A DNA stretch of 64,000 bases. It comes from Leucoraja ocellata (taxonomy: Eukaryota). Under the pieces are notes generated by a model. It saw only the letters and a list, made by a program, of their open reading frames with translations. It did no database searches and was not told the origin of the DNA. Below, in pieces: positions 51,440-64,000 of the stretch. Position 1 is the first letter of the stretch. Each line of letters starts with the position of its first letter. A program made the translations under genes and the position numbers. The stretch is taken from positions 744,001 to 808,000 of the forward strand of contig JAWMAR010000114.1 in assembly GCA_036785375.1 (NCBI GenBank), written 5' to 3'.

Positions 51440-52965
51440 GTATCAGTTGGAAGATACTAGCATGGATAGCTGGAAGACTGGATGGCAGAAGGCAGAGTGC
51501 CAATTCTGGGGGCTTTTTTGGGTTGGCTGCCGGTGACCAGCGGCATTCTGCAGGGATCAGCGCTGGGGCCGATACTCTTCACGGTGTATATTAATGATTT
51601 GAATGAGGGAATTGAAGTTTGCCGATGATACGAAGATGGGTGGGAGGGCAGGTAGTGTGGTGGAAGCGGAGACTCTGCAGAAGGACTTGGACAGGTTAGG
51701 ACAGTGGGCAGAGAAATGGCAGGAGGAATACAGCATAGCAAAGTGTGGAGTCATGCATTTTAGTAGTAGGAATAAAGACATAGACTACTTTCTAAATGGG
51801 GAGGAAATTCAGAAATCGGAAGCACAAAGAGGCTGGTGCTCCCAAAAAGTTAACTTGCAAGTTGGATCAGTAGTTAGGAAGGCAAATGCAATGCGAGCAT
51901 TTATTTTGAGAGGGCTACAAGACAAAAACAGGGATGTAATGCTGAGGCATTATACGGCACTGGTCAGGTCACATTTGGAGTATTGTGAGCTTTTATGATT
52001 GGGTTAACATTTGATGAGCGTTTGAAGGCTGTACTCACTGGAGTTTAGTAGGAAGAGGGGGTCTTCTTGAAATGTACCGAATAGCAAAAGGCTGAGACAG
52101 TGTGAATGTGAAGAGGATGCTTCCACTACTGGGAGAGCCTAGGACTAGAGATCATAGCCTCAGAATAAAAGGATGTACCTTTCGAAATATGAAAAGTAAT
52201 TTCTTTAGTGAGAGGGTGGTGAATCTGTGGAATTAATTGCCAGACAGTGGTGTAGCCCAAGTCACTGGGTATTTTTACGGCGAGATTGACAGTTTCTTGA
52301 TTAGTAAAGGTGTCAGGGGTTATGGGGAGAAGACAGGAGAATGGAGTTGAGAGGGAAAGATAGATCAGCCGTGGAAGGTTGCTTCTCAGACTGGAGGCCT
52401 GACTAGAGGTGTGTCTCAGGGTTCGGTGCTGGGCCCGTTACTGTTTGTCATCTACATCAATGATTTGGATGAGAACATACAGATTAGCAAGTTTGCTGAT
52501 GATACAAAAGTTAGTGGTTTTGCAGACAGTGAAGATGGTTGTCAACGATTGCAGCAGGATCTGGATCAATTGGCCAGGTGGGCGGAGGAATGGGTGATGG
52601 AATTTAATACAGAAAAGTGTGAGGTGTTGGATTTTGGGACGTGGAACAAGGGCAGGACCTACACAGTAAATGGTAGGCCTCTTGGTAGTGTTGTAGAGCA
52701 GAGGGATCTAGGAGTACAAGTGCATTTTTCCTTGAAGGTCGAGTCGCAGGTAGATAAGGTGGTAAAAAAAGGCTTTTGGCACTCTGGTCTTCATCAGTCA
52801 GAGTATTGAGTATAAAGGTTGGGAGGTCATGTTGCAGTTGTATAAGACATTAGTGAGAACATATTTAGAATATTATGTTCAGTTCTGGGCACCATGTTAT
52901 AGGAAAGATATTGTCAAACTTGAAAGGGTTCAGAAAAGATTTACGAAGATGTTGCCAGGACTAGT
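51440..52965 (+). mobile_element. Two adjacent decayed CR1-type LINE RT fragments
   Basis: KFADDTK...LQKDLDRL (51603-51998) and [23 protein letters not shown] (52411-52809). Confidence 0.85.
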
Positions 52966-53680
52966 GGGCGAGTTGGGCCTGTTTCCACACTGTATCACTC
53001 TATGACTATGATTGAATGGCAGGGTAGATGGGCCAAATGGCCTAATTCTGCTCCCAGAACTTATGACACCCTTACTATTTACCACAACTTCCTAGCTCAG
53101 GAATAAACAATCTGGATACCGCTTTAACAGAGAAACATCACTTATCCATGTTCTCCAGAAATGCTGCCTGACGAGCTGCATTACTCCAGCACTTTGTGTC
53201 TTTCTTTGTAGACCAGCATCTACAGCTCCCAGTTTCTGCTTCTTAAAAGAGGTTTGTTGTCATAACACACGGGCCCTTTGGCCCACTTGCTCATGCTGAG
53301 CAAGATGCCCCATCTACGCTAGTCCCACCCGACCATGTTTGGCACATATCCCTCTAAACCATTATTATCCATGTACCTGTCCAAGTATCTATTAAATGTT
53401 GTTATTGTGCCTTCCTCAACTAATTCCTCTGGCTGATCTATCTTTCCCTTTCAACCCCATTCACCTGCCTTCTCCCCATAACCCTTGACAACCTCACCAA
53501 TCAAGAATCTGGTAATGTCAGCTTTAAAAATATCCAATGGCTTAGCCTCCACAGCCGTCTGTGGCAATGAATTCCACAGATGCACCACCCTCTGACAAAA
53601 TAAATTCCTCCTTGTCTGCATTCGAAGCTCCTCGCCTCCCCCCTTGACATGGCTCCCGGGCCCCGGACATGACCACCTAC

Positions 53681-53770
53681 CCTGCATTTCTGCTCGTACG
53701 CCAGGATAATCTCGGCGAATCGATCCTCTTGCCCAAAGAGCTCGATGTGTGAATTATCCACCACTCCGAG
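53681..53770 (-). CDS. NINL: NINL exon
   Basis: LGVVDNSHIELFGQEDRFAEIILAYEQKCR; resembles human [21 protein letters not shown]. Confidence 0.93.
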
Positions 53771-54769
53771 CTGCACGTGTGGGATGCATGGGAGATGGGG
53801 AGAGAGAGGCACATGTTAGACAGATTACAACATCACTTGGTTTCATGGTCATCGAGCTGTACAACATAAATGGTACAAGTGAGATGAGACAGTGGCCAGG
53901 ATGGTGTGGGCCTTTGATGATACTGGCTGAATTTTGTTTAGCTTAGTTTTAGAGATACAGCATGGAACCAGCCCCTTCTGCCCACAGAGACCACACCGAC
54001 CATCAATCATCCGTTCATACCAGTTCTATGTTATCTCACTTTCCTTACACACCAGGAGTAAATTACAGAGGCCGATTAAGCCACAAATCCGCAGGTCTTT
54101 GGAGTGTGGAAGGAAACTGGAGCACCCGGAGAACACCCATGCAGTCACAGGAAGAACGTAGAGGTTTACGTTGTGGGGTTGACGGCACTGGGCCTGTACT
54201 CGCTGGAGTTTAGAAGGATGAGGGGGAACCTCATTGAAACTTACCAAATAGTGAAATGAGTGAACTTGCAAAATAGTGAAACTTACCAAAGAGTGGATGT
54301 GGAGAGGATGTTTCCACTAGTGGGAGGGTCTCAGACCAGAGGTCAAAGAACGTATCTTTAGAAAGGTGATGAGGAGGTATTTCTATAGTCAGAGGGTGGT
54401 GAATTTGTGGAATTCATTGCCAGAGAAGGCTATGGAGGCCAAGTCAACGGATATTTTAAAGCTGGAGATTCTTAATTGGTACGGGTGTCAGGAGTTATGG
54501 AGAGCAGGCAGGAGAATGGGGTTGAGAGGGAAAGATAGCCATGATTGAATGGTGGAGTAGACATGGTTGGTTGAATGGCCTAATTCTGCTCCTACAACTT
54601 ATGAACATGTATAAAAAGGCCAGGTGAAGCGAAGCAGCATATTGGGAACAGTTGTGTGGGAGAGAGGCTACGGTAACAACATTTCAAAGACATTTGGACA
54701 GGTATGGATAGGAAAGGTTTAGAGGGATATCGGCCAAATGTGGACAGTTTGGGCTGAAGGGCCTGTTCC

Positions 54770-55290
54770 ACGCTACGTGCCTCTATCCCCCCCCAACAGA
54801 GGAAGGTGCCTGCCTCTCCCCCCCCCACCCCAAGGCTGGACAAGGAGGGAGCGGTCCCCAGTGGAGGTCTCTCTACAAGGGAGTCCTCCCCCTTTACATC
54901 GGGGACCTGGGGTGGAGAGTGTTGCACAAAGCCGTGGCTTGTAATAGATACTTGAGCCGGTTCACGGACTCTTCCCCAGCTTGTCATTTCTGCGGTGAGG
55001 AAGAGACCGTGTTCCACGTGTCCATAGAGTGTGAGAGGTTGCAGCCACTGTTCGAGTATCCAAAGGGGCTGCTCCTCAAGTTTTAGTCCAACACTATTAA
55101 TTTATGGGCACCCGGTACCGAGGGAGGAGGGTCGGGAGGGAGGAGGGGGTCTCCCTGTCGGTCTGCTCCTGGGCCTGGCCAAGATGGCCATTACACGGGT
55201 CCAGGCAGCGGGCAGGCGATGGCCGCACAGCGGTCGGCTGCCTGCCCCTTTTCCGGGTTTACGTCCGTGCCCGCGTGTCCCTAGAGAGGG
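54770..55290 (+). mobile_element. L1/Tx1-like LINE C-terminal fragment
   Basis: Translates to CHFCGEEETVFHVSIECERLQPLF, a CCHC zinc-knuckle pattern, followed by LLLGLAKMAI. Confidence 0.7.
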
Positions 55291-55322
55291 AACAAGGAGA
55301 TGGACAAGGAGATGGTGCTTAC

Positions 55323-55433
55323 TTTATCTTTAAGCATGTAGTCGAGGTCGGTCTGTAACCTGGCAATCAGTCTCTCAGATTCCGCCAACTTCTCCACCGC
55401 TTCCATCAACTCTGTCTGCAGCCGCCTGTTCTC
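55323..55433 (-). CDS. NINL: NINL exon
   Basis: ENRRLQTELMEAVEKLAESERLIARLQTDLDYMLKDK; resembles human [22 protein letters not shown]...FVLKDK. Confidence 0.95.
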
Positions 55434-56254
55434 CTGGTGAAGGGGAAAACTGTCATCAAACAGCCAGAGTAAACCAGGGCTCTAGCTCCAACCTCTCACC
55501 ACCAAAGCAACAGCCTGTGGGTTATTATTGTCACCTGCGCCAAGATACAGTGAGAAGCTTTTGTTTGTGTGCCATCCGCACTTCCCAGTTGTTATCAAGC
55601 AACTGAACCATCCTGTCACCCACTAAAGAGCAGTCTTGACCTCCCATCAACTTCATTGGAGACTCTCGGACTATCTTTAATAGGACTTTACTGGACTTTA
55701 CCTTGCACCAACCGTTATTCCCTTCATCCTGTATCTGTACACTGTGGACGGCTCAATTGTAATCATGTATAGTCATGTATATGCTAACCGGTTCTGCTGA
55801 CTGGTTAGCACGCAACAAAAGTTTTTCACTGTACCTAGGTACCTTCACTATGCCAAACTAAGTCCATACAATAGCGATGGGATAACAACCAATGAGATTA
55901 GTTTAGTTTATGTTATTATTGTCACGTGTATCAAGGTACAGTGAGAAGCTTTTTGTTGCATGCTATCCAGTCAGCGGAAAGACTATGCATGATTACAATC
56001 AAACCGTCCAATGTACAAATACAGGATAAAGGGAATAACGTTTAGTTCAAGGAGTCCAGTAAAGTCGATTAAAGATAGTCCGAGGTCAATGAGGTAGACA
56101 GGAGGTTAGGACTACTCTCCAACTGTTAGGAGGATAACACAGTTGCCTGTTAACAGCTAGGAAGATATTGTCTCTGAATCTGGAGGTGTGCGTTTTCACC
56201 CTTCTGTACCTCTTGCCCAATGGGAGCGGACAGAAGAGGCCGGGGTGAGGAGGA

Positions 56255-57527
56255 GAATTTTCATCCTGCACTCAAATTTACTTGGACCATCTGCGACACC
56301 TCCCTCCCCTTTCTTGATCTCACAGTCCCCATCACAGGAAATAGACTATTGACTGACGTCTATTACAAACCCACTGACTTTCACAACTATCTCGACTACA
56401 CTTCTTCCCAACGTGCTTCCTGCAAAGACTATCCCCTACTCCCAATTCCTCTGTCTACGCCGCATCTGCACCCAAGATGAGGTGTTCCATACTAGAACAT
56501 GCAAGATGTCCTCATTCTTTAGGGAACGGGGTTCCCCTCTCCCATCATAGATGCGGCCCTCACTCGTGTTTCCTCGGTACCCTGCAGCTCTGCCCTTGCT
56601 CCCCCTACCCCTAGTTGCAACAGAGACAGAATCCCCCTAGTCCTTACCTTCCGCCCCATCAGCCGTCGCATACAACACATAATCCTCTGAAATTTCCGCC
56701 ACCTCCAACGGGATCCCACCACTAGCCACATTTTCCCATTTTCACCCCTTTCCACCTTTCGCAGAGACTGTTCCATCCAAAACTCCCTGGTTAACTCTTC
56801 CCTTCCCACCCAAATCAACCCCTCCCCAGGTACCTTACCTGCAACCGCAGAGGTTGCAACACCTGTCGCTATACCTCCTCCCTCGACTGTCCAGGGACCC
56901 CCAACAGTCCTTTCAGACAGTCCTTTCAGGTTAGGCAGAGGTTCACTTGCACCTCCTCCAACCTCATCTACTGTAACCATTGTTCAAGATGTAGACTCTT
57001 GTACATCGGCGAGACCAAATGCAGACTGGGCGATCGTTTCGTGGAACACCGTCACTCAGCCCGCCTGAACCAACCAGATCTCTCAGTTGCTGGACACTTT
57101 CATTCTCCTTCCCATTCTAACACAGACCTTTCTGTCCTCGGTCTCCACCATTGTCAGAGTGAAGCTAAACACGAATTGGAGGAACAGCATCTCATATTTT
57201 GCTTGGGCTGCTAAACAGCCCAGTGGTATAAGTTTTGATTTCTCTCACCTGGTAGCCCCGGCATTCCCTCTCTCTCCCTAGCCCTCCCCCACCCAAGTCG
57301 CAATGGCTTCTCATTTTCACCCAACAAACAGCTTACAATGGCCTGTTTCCTTTATGCAAGTCTTTCATTCATTGTTCTTTATCTCTCCACATCACTGTCT
57401 ATATCTCTCGTTTCCCTTATCCCTAACCAGTTTGAAGAAGGGTCTCGACCCGAGGAGTCACCCTTTCCTTCTCTCCAGAGATGCTGCCTGTCCTGCTGAG
57501 TTACTCCTTTTTGTGTCTATCTTTGGT
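56255..57527 (+). mobile_element. Penelope-like element (RT thumb, GIY-YIG endonuclease and 3' terminal repeat)
   Basis: LPFLDL..VYYKPTDFHNYLDY; LYIGETKCRLGDRFVEH; degenerate hammerhead-like motif near 57431; splits an antisense L2 fragment. Confidence 0.9.
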
Positions 57528-58521
57528 CTGAGTCCAGGGTGAGACCGGTCCTTAATTATGCTGGCGACTTTGCCGAGGCAACGTGAGGTATAGATGGAGT
57601 GAATGGAAGGGAGGTTGGTTTGAGTGATGGTCTGGGCTGCATTCACAATTCTCTGCAACTTCTTGCAGCCTTGGAGGGAGCTGTTCCCAAACCAGGCTGT
57701 GATGCATCCTGAACAAAATGCTTTCTACGGCGCATCTGTCAAAGTTGGTGAGGGTTGTTGGGGGAATGGTGATCTTCCTAGAACCTTCTAAGGACATAGA
57801 GGCATTGGTGTGCTGGACATCTGGTTTCTGAACGATCCTTCCATAAGCTAGGGAACTATCCGATTCACCTCTACGCCATTGTGGACATTGGAATTTAGTT
57901 ATTCAGCGTGGAAACAGGACTTTCGGCCCAACTTTCCCACACCGACCAACATGCCCCATCTACATTAGTCCCACCTGCCAGCGTTGGTCCCATATCCCTC
58001 TGAACCTATCTTATCCATGTACCCGTCTAAATGTTTCTTCAACGTTCTGATAGTACCTGCCTCAACTACCTCCTCCAGCAGCTCCTTCCATACACCCACC
58101 ACCCTTTCAGTAAAAAAAGTTACCCCTCAGGTTCCTATTAAATCGTTACCCTCTCACCTTAAACCTATGTCCTCTGGTTCACGAGTCCCCTACTCTGGAC
58201 AAGAGACTTTTGCCCTCATGACTTTATGCACCTCTGTAAGGTTCCCCCTCAACTTCCTGCGCTCCAAGGAAAAAAGTCCTAGTCTGTTCAAACTCTCCCT
58301 ATAGCTCAGGCCCTTGAGTCCTGACAACGTGCTGTGTCTCCGGAACTGATGCGCTACAATGCTGAGAACTATATTCTGCACTCTGCTCTTCCTATTGTAC
58401 ATGAGCTTGGCTTGATTGTATTTGTGTATGGTATATCACATCTGATGGGATGGCAGCAGAGGAGTGTTTTTCCCTGTACCTGGGTACCGGTGACAGTCAT
58501 AAACCAGATTGTGAACCTTAC

Positions 58522-58696
58522 CTTCATGGTCAGGGTGAGCTTCTCGCGGGAGGACGTTTCCTCCGACCGGACAGACTCAAGCTCCTGTTCCAGCTCCTTC
58601 TGCTGCTGGGTCACCTGCTGAACTATCAGCTCCTGAGCCTCGTCCATCTGGTCTCTGAACGCCACCATCTTCTCCCTGTAGCCTTGGTCCAGGTGC
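58522..58696 (-). CDS. NINL: NINL exon
   Basis: HLDQGYREKMVAFR...REKLTLTMK; resembles human HLEQGYRERL...REKLTLALK. Confidence 0.95.
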
Positions 58697-59228
58697 CTGG
58701 GTGGGCAAGGGTTGGGGGGGGGGGGGGAAGGGATGACGTTGGGGGAAAGAGCAGGAGAAAAACATGGGATGGGGGGGGAAACTTATTAACAATGGCGGAC
58801 ACAAGGAACAGCAGATGCTGGAACCTTGAGCCAAATACAAAGTGCTATGCCTGGTCTCAGGAAGGTCTCATTGGGAACATGGAATGTACATCGGCGAGAC
58901 CAAGCATAGACTCGGCGACTGTTTCACCGAACACTAACGCTCGTTCCACCAAGGCCTGCTGGATCTCACGACTGCCAACCTTGTTACCTCCCCCATCCCC
59001 TTCCCTCAATGACCTTTCTGTCCTGGGCCTCCTCCATTGCCAGAGTGAATCCATATGAAAACTGGAGGAACAGCGTCTCATATTCTGCTTGGGTAGCGCA
59101 CAACCCAACGGTATGAACATTGAATTTTCCAATTTCAAGTAATATCCCTCCACCCCCCCCCAACCGATCAAGATCCTGTCCCAGAAACTGGACAAAAAAC
59201 TTGAAGTGGTTCCACATGTGCGACTGAC

Positions 59229-59369
59229 CTGATCTTGGTGTCGTTGAGCAGCTCCATGGCAGCCTGTCGATCGTCAACCTCCTTACCCAGCTGTGCGTTG
59301 CGTTTCTCCGCTCGCTCCAAGTCCACTCGCAGTTTATCCCTCTCACTCTGCACCTGCTGGACTTGCCAC
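59229..59369 (-). CDS. NINL: NINL exon
   Basis: WQVQQVQSERDKLRVDLERAEKRNAQL...LNDTKI(R); resembles human ERDKARQDLERAEKRN. Confidence 0.95.
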
Positions 59370-61516
59370 CTGTAGAAACCATCCGTGTGATCTATCAGTC
59401 TGGGTGGCTCACTACCTGATGGTATGTGCAGTTAACAGCACGGGAACAGGCCCTTCGACCCACCGAATCCACACTGACCATCGATCACTTGCTCACACTA
59501 GCTCCATGTTATCCCACTCTCTCATCCGCTCTCTACACACCAGGGGCAATTAACCTGCAAACCCGCACGTCTTTGGAGTGTGGGAGGAAACTGAAACACC
59601 CGGTGGAAACCCACGCGATCACAAGGAGAACGTGCAAACTCCACATGGTCAGCACCCGAGGTCAGGATCGAACCTGGGTCTCTGGCCCTGTGAGGCAGCA
59701 GTTCTACCCGCTAAATATTAAACTCTCCAATTTCAAGTAATACTCCCTCACCCCCTCTCTTTCCTCTGCCCCCAACCCTGTGCGTGCACATTTATCCCAC
59801 CATCTTCCACCCTCCAGTCACCCTGCTCCTTCCCCTCCTCCGTACACTCATCTCCCAAATTGGAGGCCCACAATTCTCTTTTATTGCCCCCTCTTTCCCC
59901 TCCCTCTGCCTTTACATTTCACTCCTCCCCCTCTCTCCTTACCCGACACCCTTTTATCCCCCGCAAGAACGTGGATTATAAAGGCCAGACTAGCTGTTCC
60001 GTGCACTACCCGCTGCCCGTTGATTTACCCCAGCCTAAGGGCTCCGTTGCGTTGGTCAATATGTCCGCTGAATCTACGGCCAATAAAACTCGGCAATGTC
60101 TCAATCTGCCCAGGAGTTGGAGGAGGTCCACCATGTCATGGAGTCAAAAAGCGCGGAGACAGTCCCTCCGGCCTAACTTTCCCACTCCGACCAACATGCC
60201 CCATCTACACTAGCCCCACTTGCCCATATCCCTCTAAACCTATCCTATCCATGAACCTGTCTAAATGTTTCTTCAACAATTCTCCAACAACTCTCACCAA
60301 CCTCTGCAGAAGCTGTATTTAACTTTTCCATGGACCTTGGCAAACCATTCCACTCCTGGTCACTATTTGGTTTTCCATCTATTATTGTATCATCACTAAA
60401 TTTTTGCAAACAGTAAAGTTCAATCCAAGTCTCACCACAATAGTTATAGAGTCAGAGTCACACAGCATGGAAACGTAGAACAGTACAGCACAGGAACAGT
60501 CCCTGCAGCCCGCAATGTCTGTGCCAAACATGATGCCAAATTCAACTAATCTCCTCTTCCTGCACATAATCCATATCCCTCCATTCCCTGCATGTCCATG
60601 TGTCTATCCAAAAGCCTCTTAAACGCCACTATCGTACCTGCCTCCACCACCACCACCCCTTGCAACATGTTCTCGACACTCATCATCACCCTCTGTGTAA
60701 AATAATTTGCCCCCACACATCTCCTTTAAACTTTCCCCCCTCTCACCTTAAAGCTATGTACTCCAGTCTTTGACATTTCTACCCTGGGAGAAAGGTTCTG
60801 ACTGTTTCCCCCATCTCTGCCTCTCAAATTTATAAACATGCACTTTGACCCAATTCCGCCAAGATGCCCCATCTATTCCAGTCTTATTTGACTGCATTTG
60901 GCCCGTATCCCTCTGGATTTTCCAGTCAGTCTGAAGAAGGGACTCAACGCACAATGTTGTCTGTCTATCCCCTCTACAGATGAGGCCTGACCCACTGAGT
61001 TCCTCCAGCACTTTGTACTTTTCTCCCTCTAATCCTTTCCCATCCATGTACTCGATGTAGGTTGCCAATCTGAAAATGACTTCTACCCAGAGTAGGGGAA
61101 TCAAGAACCATGGAACATTGGTTTAAGGTGAAGGGGGGGGGAGGAGATTTAATAGGAACCTGATGTGCAACATTTTCACACAGAAGTGGGTGGTTGGTAT
61201 ATGGAACAAACTGCCAGAGGAGTTAGCTAAGGCAGGGACTGTAACAGCATTTAAAAATAATTTGGATAGGTACATGGATAGGAAAGGTTTGGAGAGAAAT
61301 GGGCGAAAGGCAGGCAGGTGGGACTAGTGTAGATCTTGGTCGGCATGGGCAAGTTGGGCCGAAAAGCCTGTTTTTCCATGCTGTATGGCTCTGTGACTCC
61401 CTGAGGTTTTATTTTTGCCAATCCCACTCCATGAACCTCTATCCCATTGCCATCAGCTACCTTGCATAACAGCCTAAACATCCATTAGATTGCACGTGTC
61501 GAGAGGAGGTGCTTAC

Positions 61517-61653
61517 TGAAGGTGGTCGATTTCGTTCCGGTAGCTGGTTAACGCTGCCCGATGAATCCCGTTCGTGCTGCACATCATCTCATTCTCCAGC
61601 GCAGCGGTCAACTCCGCAAGGCCCACCTTCTCCTCCACACTGAAATCCAAGCA
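61517..61653 (-). CDS. NINL: NINL exon
   Basis: CLDFSVEEKVGLAELTAALENEMM...YRNEIDHL(Q); resembles human [24 protein letters not shown]. Confidence 0.94.
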
Positions 61654-61865
61654 CTACCGACACAGGAACAACCATGTGCGGGGCAGCAAGAAGGGAGGGA
61701 TAGTCAGGAGAGAGAACGAGAACAAGAGACACAGAACGAGAGAGTGAGAGACGACAAGAGAGAAAATGGAGAAAGAGAAAGAATGAGAAAGATAGAAAAC
61801 AAGAGAGAGAAAAACAAGAGAAAGAGAGTGAGAGAAAGAGAGAAAGAGAGAGAAAAAGGGAGAGA

Positions 61866-62326
61866 NNNNNNNNNNNNNNNNNNNNNNNNNNNNNNNNNNN
61901 NNNNNNNNNNNNNNNNNNNNNNNNNNNNNNNNNNNNNNNNNNNNNNNNNNNNNNNNNNNNNNNNNNNNNNNNNNNNNNNNNNNNNNNNNNNNNNNNNNNN
62001 NNNNNNNNNNNNNNNNNNNNNNNNNNNNNNNNNNNNNNNNNNNNNNNNNNNNNNNNNNNNNNNNNNNNNNNNNNNNNNNNNNNNNNNNNNNNNNNNNNNN
62101 NNNNNNNNNNNNNNNNNNNNNNNNNNNNNNNNNNNNNNNNNNNNNNNNNNNNNNNNNNNNNNNNNNNNNNNNNNNNNNNNNNNNNNNNNNNNNNNNNNNN
62201 NNNNNNNNNNNNNNNNNNNNNNNNNNNNNNNNNNNNNNNNNNNNNNNNNNNNNNNNNNNNNNNNNNNNNNNNNNNNNNNNNNNNNNNNNNNNNNNNNNNN
62301 NNNNNNNNNNNNNNNNNNNNNNNNNN
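61866..62326. other. Assembly gap (461 N) within an (AG)-rich purine tract
   Basis: Run of N flanked by GA-rich low-complexity sequence. Confidence 0.99.
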
Positions 62327-62409
62327 GAGAGAGAAGGATAGTGAAAACTAGAGAGATAGAGAGAGACCAAGAGAACACGGGACTCAGGTCAGTACGAGTG
62401 GGGTCTCAC

Positions 62410-62550
62410 CTGTAGTATCTCACGACTGTTTTTAATTCCATCCCTCTGCCACATGTTGATGATTTGTTCAGGTGATGCGTAGCCAGAACCATCGTCCAGA
62501 GGTGAGAACAGCTGGGTCCAGCTGGATGCCAGGGCCGGGGTAGCTGCCAG
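62410..62550 (-). CDS. NINL: NINL exon
   Basis: LAATPALASSWTQLFSPLDDGSGYASPEQIINMWQRDGIKNSREILQ; resembles human [34 protein letters not shown]. Confidence 0.94.
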
Positions 62551-62756
62551 CTGGGTAAAAGACTCTGTGAATTCCCCCGATCTATTCCCATGATCCATGT
62601 CCCTCCAGTCCATACAAATCCATGTGTCTATCTAAAAGCCTCTGAAATGCCACTATCGTATCTACCTCCACCATCCACAGAATTCCCCCAATCTATTCCC
62701 ATGTTCCAGGTCCCCACCACTCTCTCTCGCTCTCTCTCTCTCTCTCTCTATCTCAT

Positions 62757-63550
62757 AGGCACCACGGTGGAGAGAGTGGAGAGCATAAAGTTCCTCGGAG
62801 TGCAAATTACAGACACTCACCTGGTCCAGGAACAACACTGGGATTGTCAAACGGGCCCATCAGCGATTGCACTTCCTGAGGAAACTCAAACAGGCCTCAC
62901 TCCCTACCAACATCCTCAGGACTTTTTACAGGGGCACGGTGGAGTCTGTACTCACGTACCGCATGAACACGTGGTACTCCAACTGTAACTGCTCAGACAG
63001 GAAGGCTCTGCAGAGGGTAGTGAGGGGAGCAGAGAGGATCATTGGCATCTCCCAACCCTCAGTACAAGAACTGTTCCAGAGCCGCTGTCTGAAAAAAGCT
63101 CTGAGAATAGCTAAGGACAAACTGCACCCCCTCCACACACACCTGGATCTCCTGCCATCAGGCAAGAGATATCGTAGCATCAAAGCCCGGACTACCAGAC
63201 TGCTAAACAGCTTCCTGCCACAGGCTGTGAGGCTGCTAAACAGTCACTCCACCTGATTCTGCTGCTTTGCACTGACAATTTAATAACTCTGGCACTTGCC
63301 ACTCAAATCAGCTGCCCGGGACATTTTAATGACTGTTTTTACTGTATTTTAATGTTGCTGTTTTGCCTGCTTTTAACTATTTATACTGTTTCATCAGGGA
63401 CTGGATTATTTTTATTGTTATTATGTGTGAAATGTTTAAGTTTTATGTGCGATGCTCCGGTATTCCCTGGGAAACAAATTCTCATTTTGCACTGTACAAC
63501 TGTTGCTTTGCAAGATGACAATAAAGGTTGATTTGATTTGATTTGATTTA
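62757..63550 (+). mobile_element. Rex/L2-like LINE 3' fragment
   Basis: VERVESIKFLGV; FYRGTVESVL..LLPSGKRYRS..RLLNSFLPQA; AATAAA plus (TGATT)n tail. Confidence 0.85.
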
Positions 63551-63897
63551 GAACGGAACAGTACAACACAGGGACAGGCGCCTCAGCCCACAATGTCTGC
63601 ACTGAACATGATGCCAAGATAAACTAATAAGTTTAACTAACTATGATAAACTGATCTCCTCTGCCTGCACGTGATCCATATCCCTTCACTCCCTGCCAAT
63701 CTAAAAGCCTCTGGATGAGGAATTTTGCCGTGAATTTACCTGCTTGTGTGTTATGTCTAAATATCTGGACAGTGAAAGAAAACGTGCCTTAATGGCCATA
63801 GGAATCTAGGTGTTTTGTCCAAGGAAAGGTGTGGGGGAAGATGGGGAAGGGGTTAAATGTTGTCGCTGAGAAAAGCGTACATTGGTGTCAGGCCTAC

Positions 63898-64000
63898 CTG
63901 CCGTCGATTCATGGGGGTAGAAGCGAGGGGTCCGTGTCGGAGCAAGCCCAGAAGGAATTCCCTGTGACTCACTCTCTCATCGCCATCTTTGTCCAGCTTC
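63898..64000 (-). CDS. NINL: NINL exon, partial, EF-hand
   Basis: KLDKDGDERVSHREFLLGLL..., an EF-hand loop resembling human KLDQDGDGKVSLEEFQLGL; ends CAG|GTAGGC; cut by the window edge. Confidence 0.9.

Noticed and set aside
61561-62415. ORFs of 224-284 aa
   Set aside because: They run through the N gap and the AG-rich low-complexity tract

Overview
Vertebrate genomic DNA, most likely a cartilaginous fish such as a skate or ray (inferred from the repeat content). It holds the ABHD12-GINS1-NINL block that is also syntenic in human. ABHD12 coding exon 1 lies on the - strand near 4 kb. A complete 7-exon GINS1/PSF1 gene (591 nt, 196 aa) lies on the + strand at 17954-29778. The 3' part of NINL (15 in-phase coding exons plus one anomalous out-of-phase exon) runs on the - strand from the window end to 31747. 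Most of the remaining sequence is nested, decayed mobile DNA: CR1, L2/Rex, Tx1 and Penelope-like retroelements, V-SINEs, a Tc1 IR/DR transposon, a deleted Gypsy element, an ERV-like solo LTR and MITEs. The most notable observations are about a dozen minimal hammerhead-ribozyme-like motifs carried by Penelope-derived ends, a 468-nt NINL exon that is open only out of phase, a CTCF-like site at both LTR starts between two divergent promoters, a locally templated 42-nt insertion, a nested foldback MITE, and a 38-bp minisatellite in the GINS1 leader. Gene identities rest on recalled protein similarity and splice-phase consistency, not on database searches. There is a 461-nt N gap at 61866-62326.
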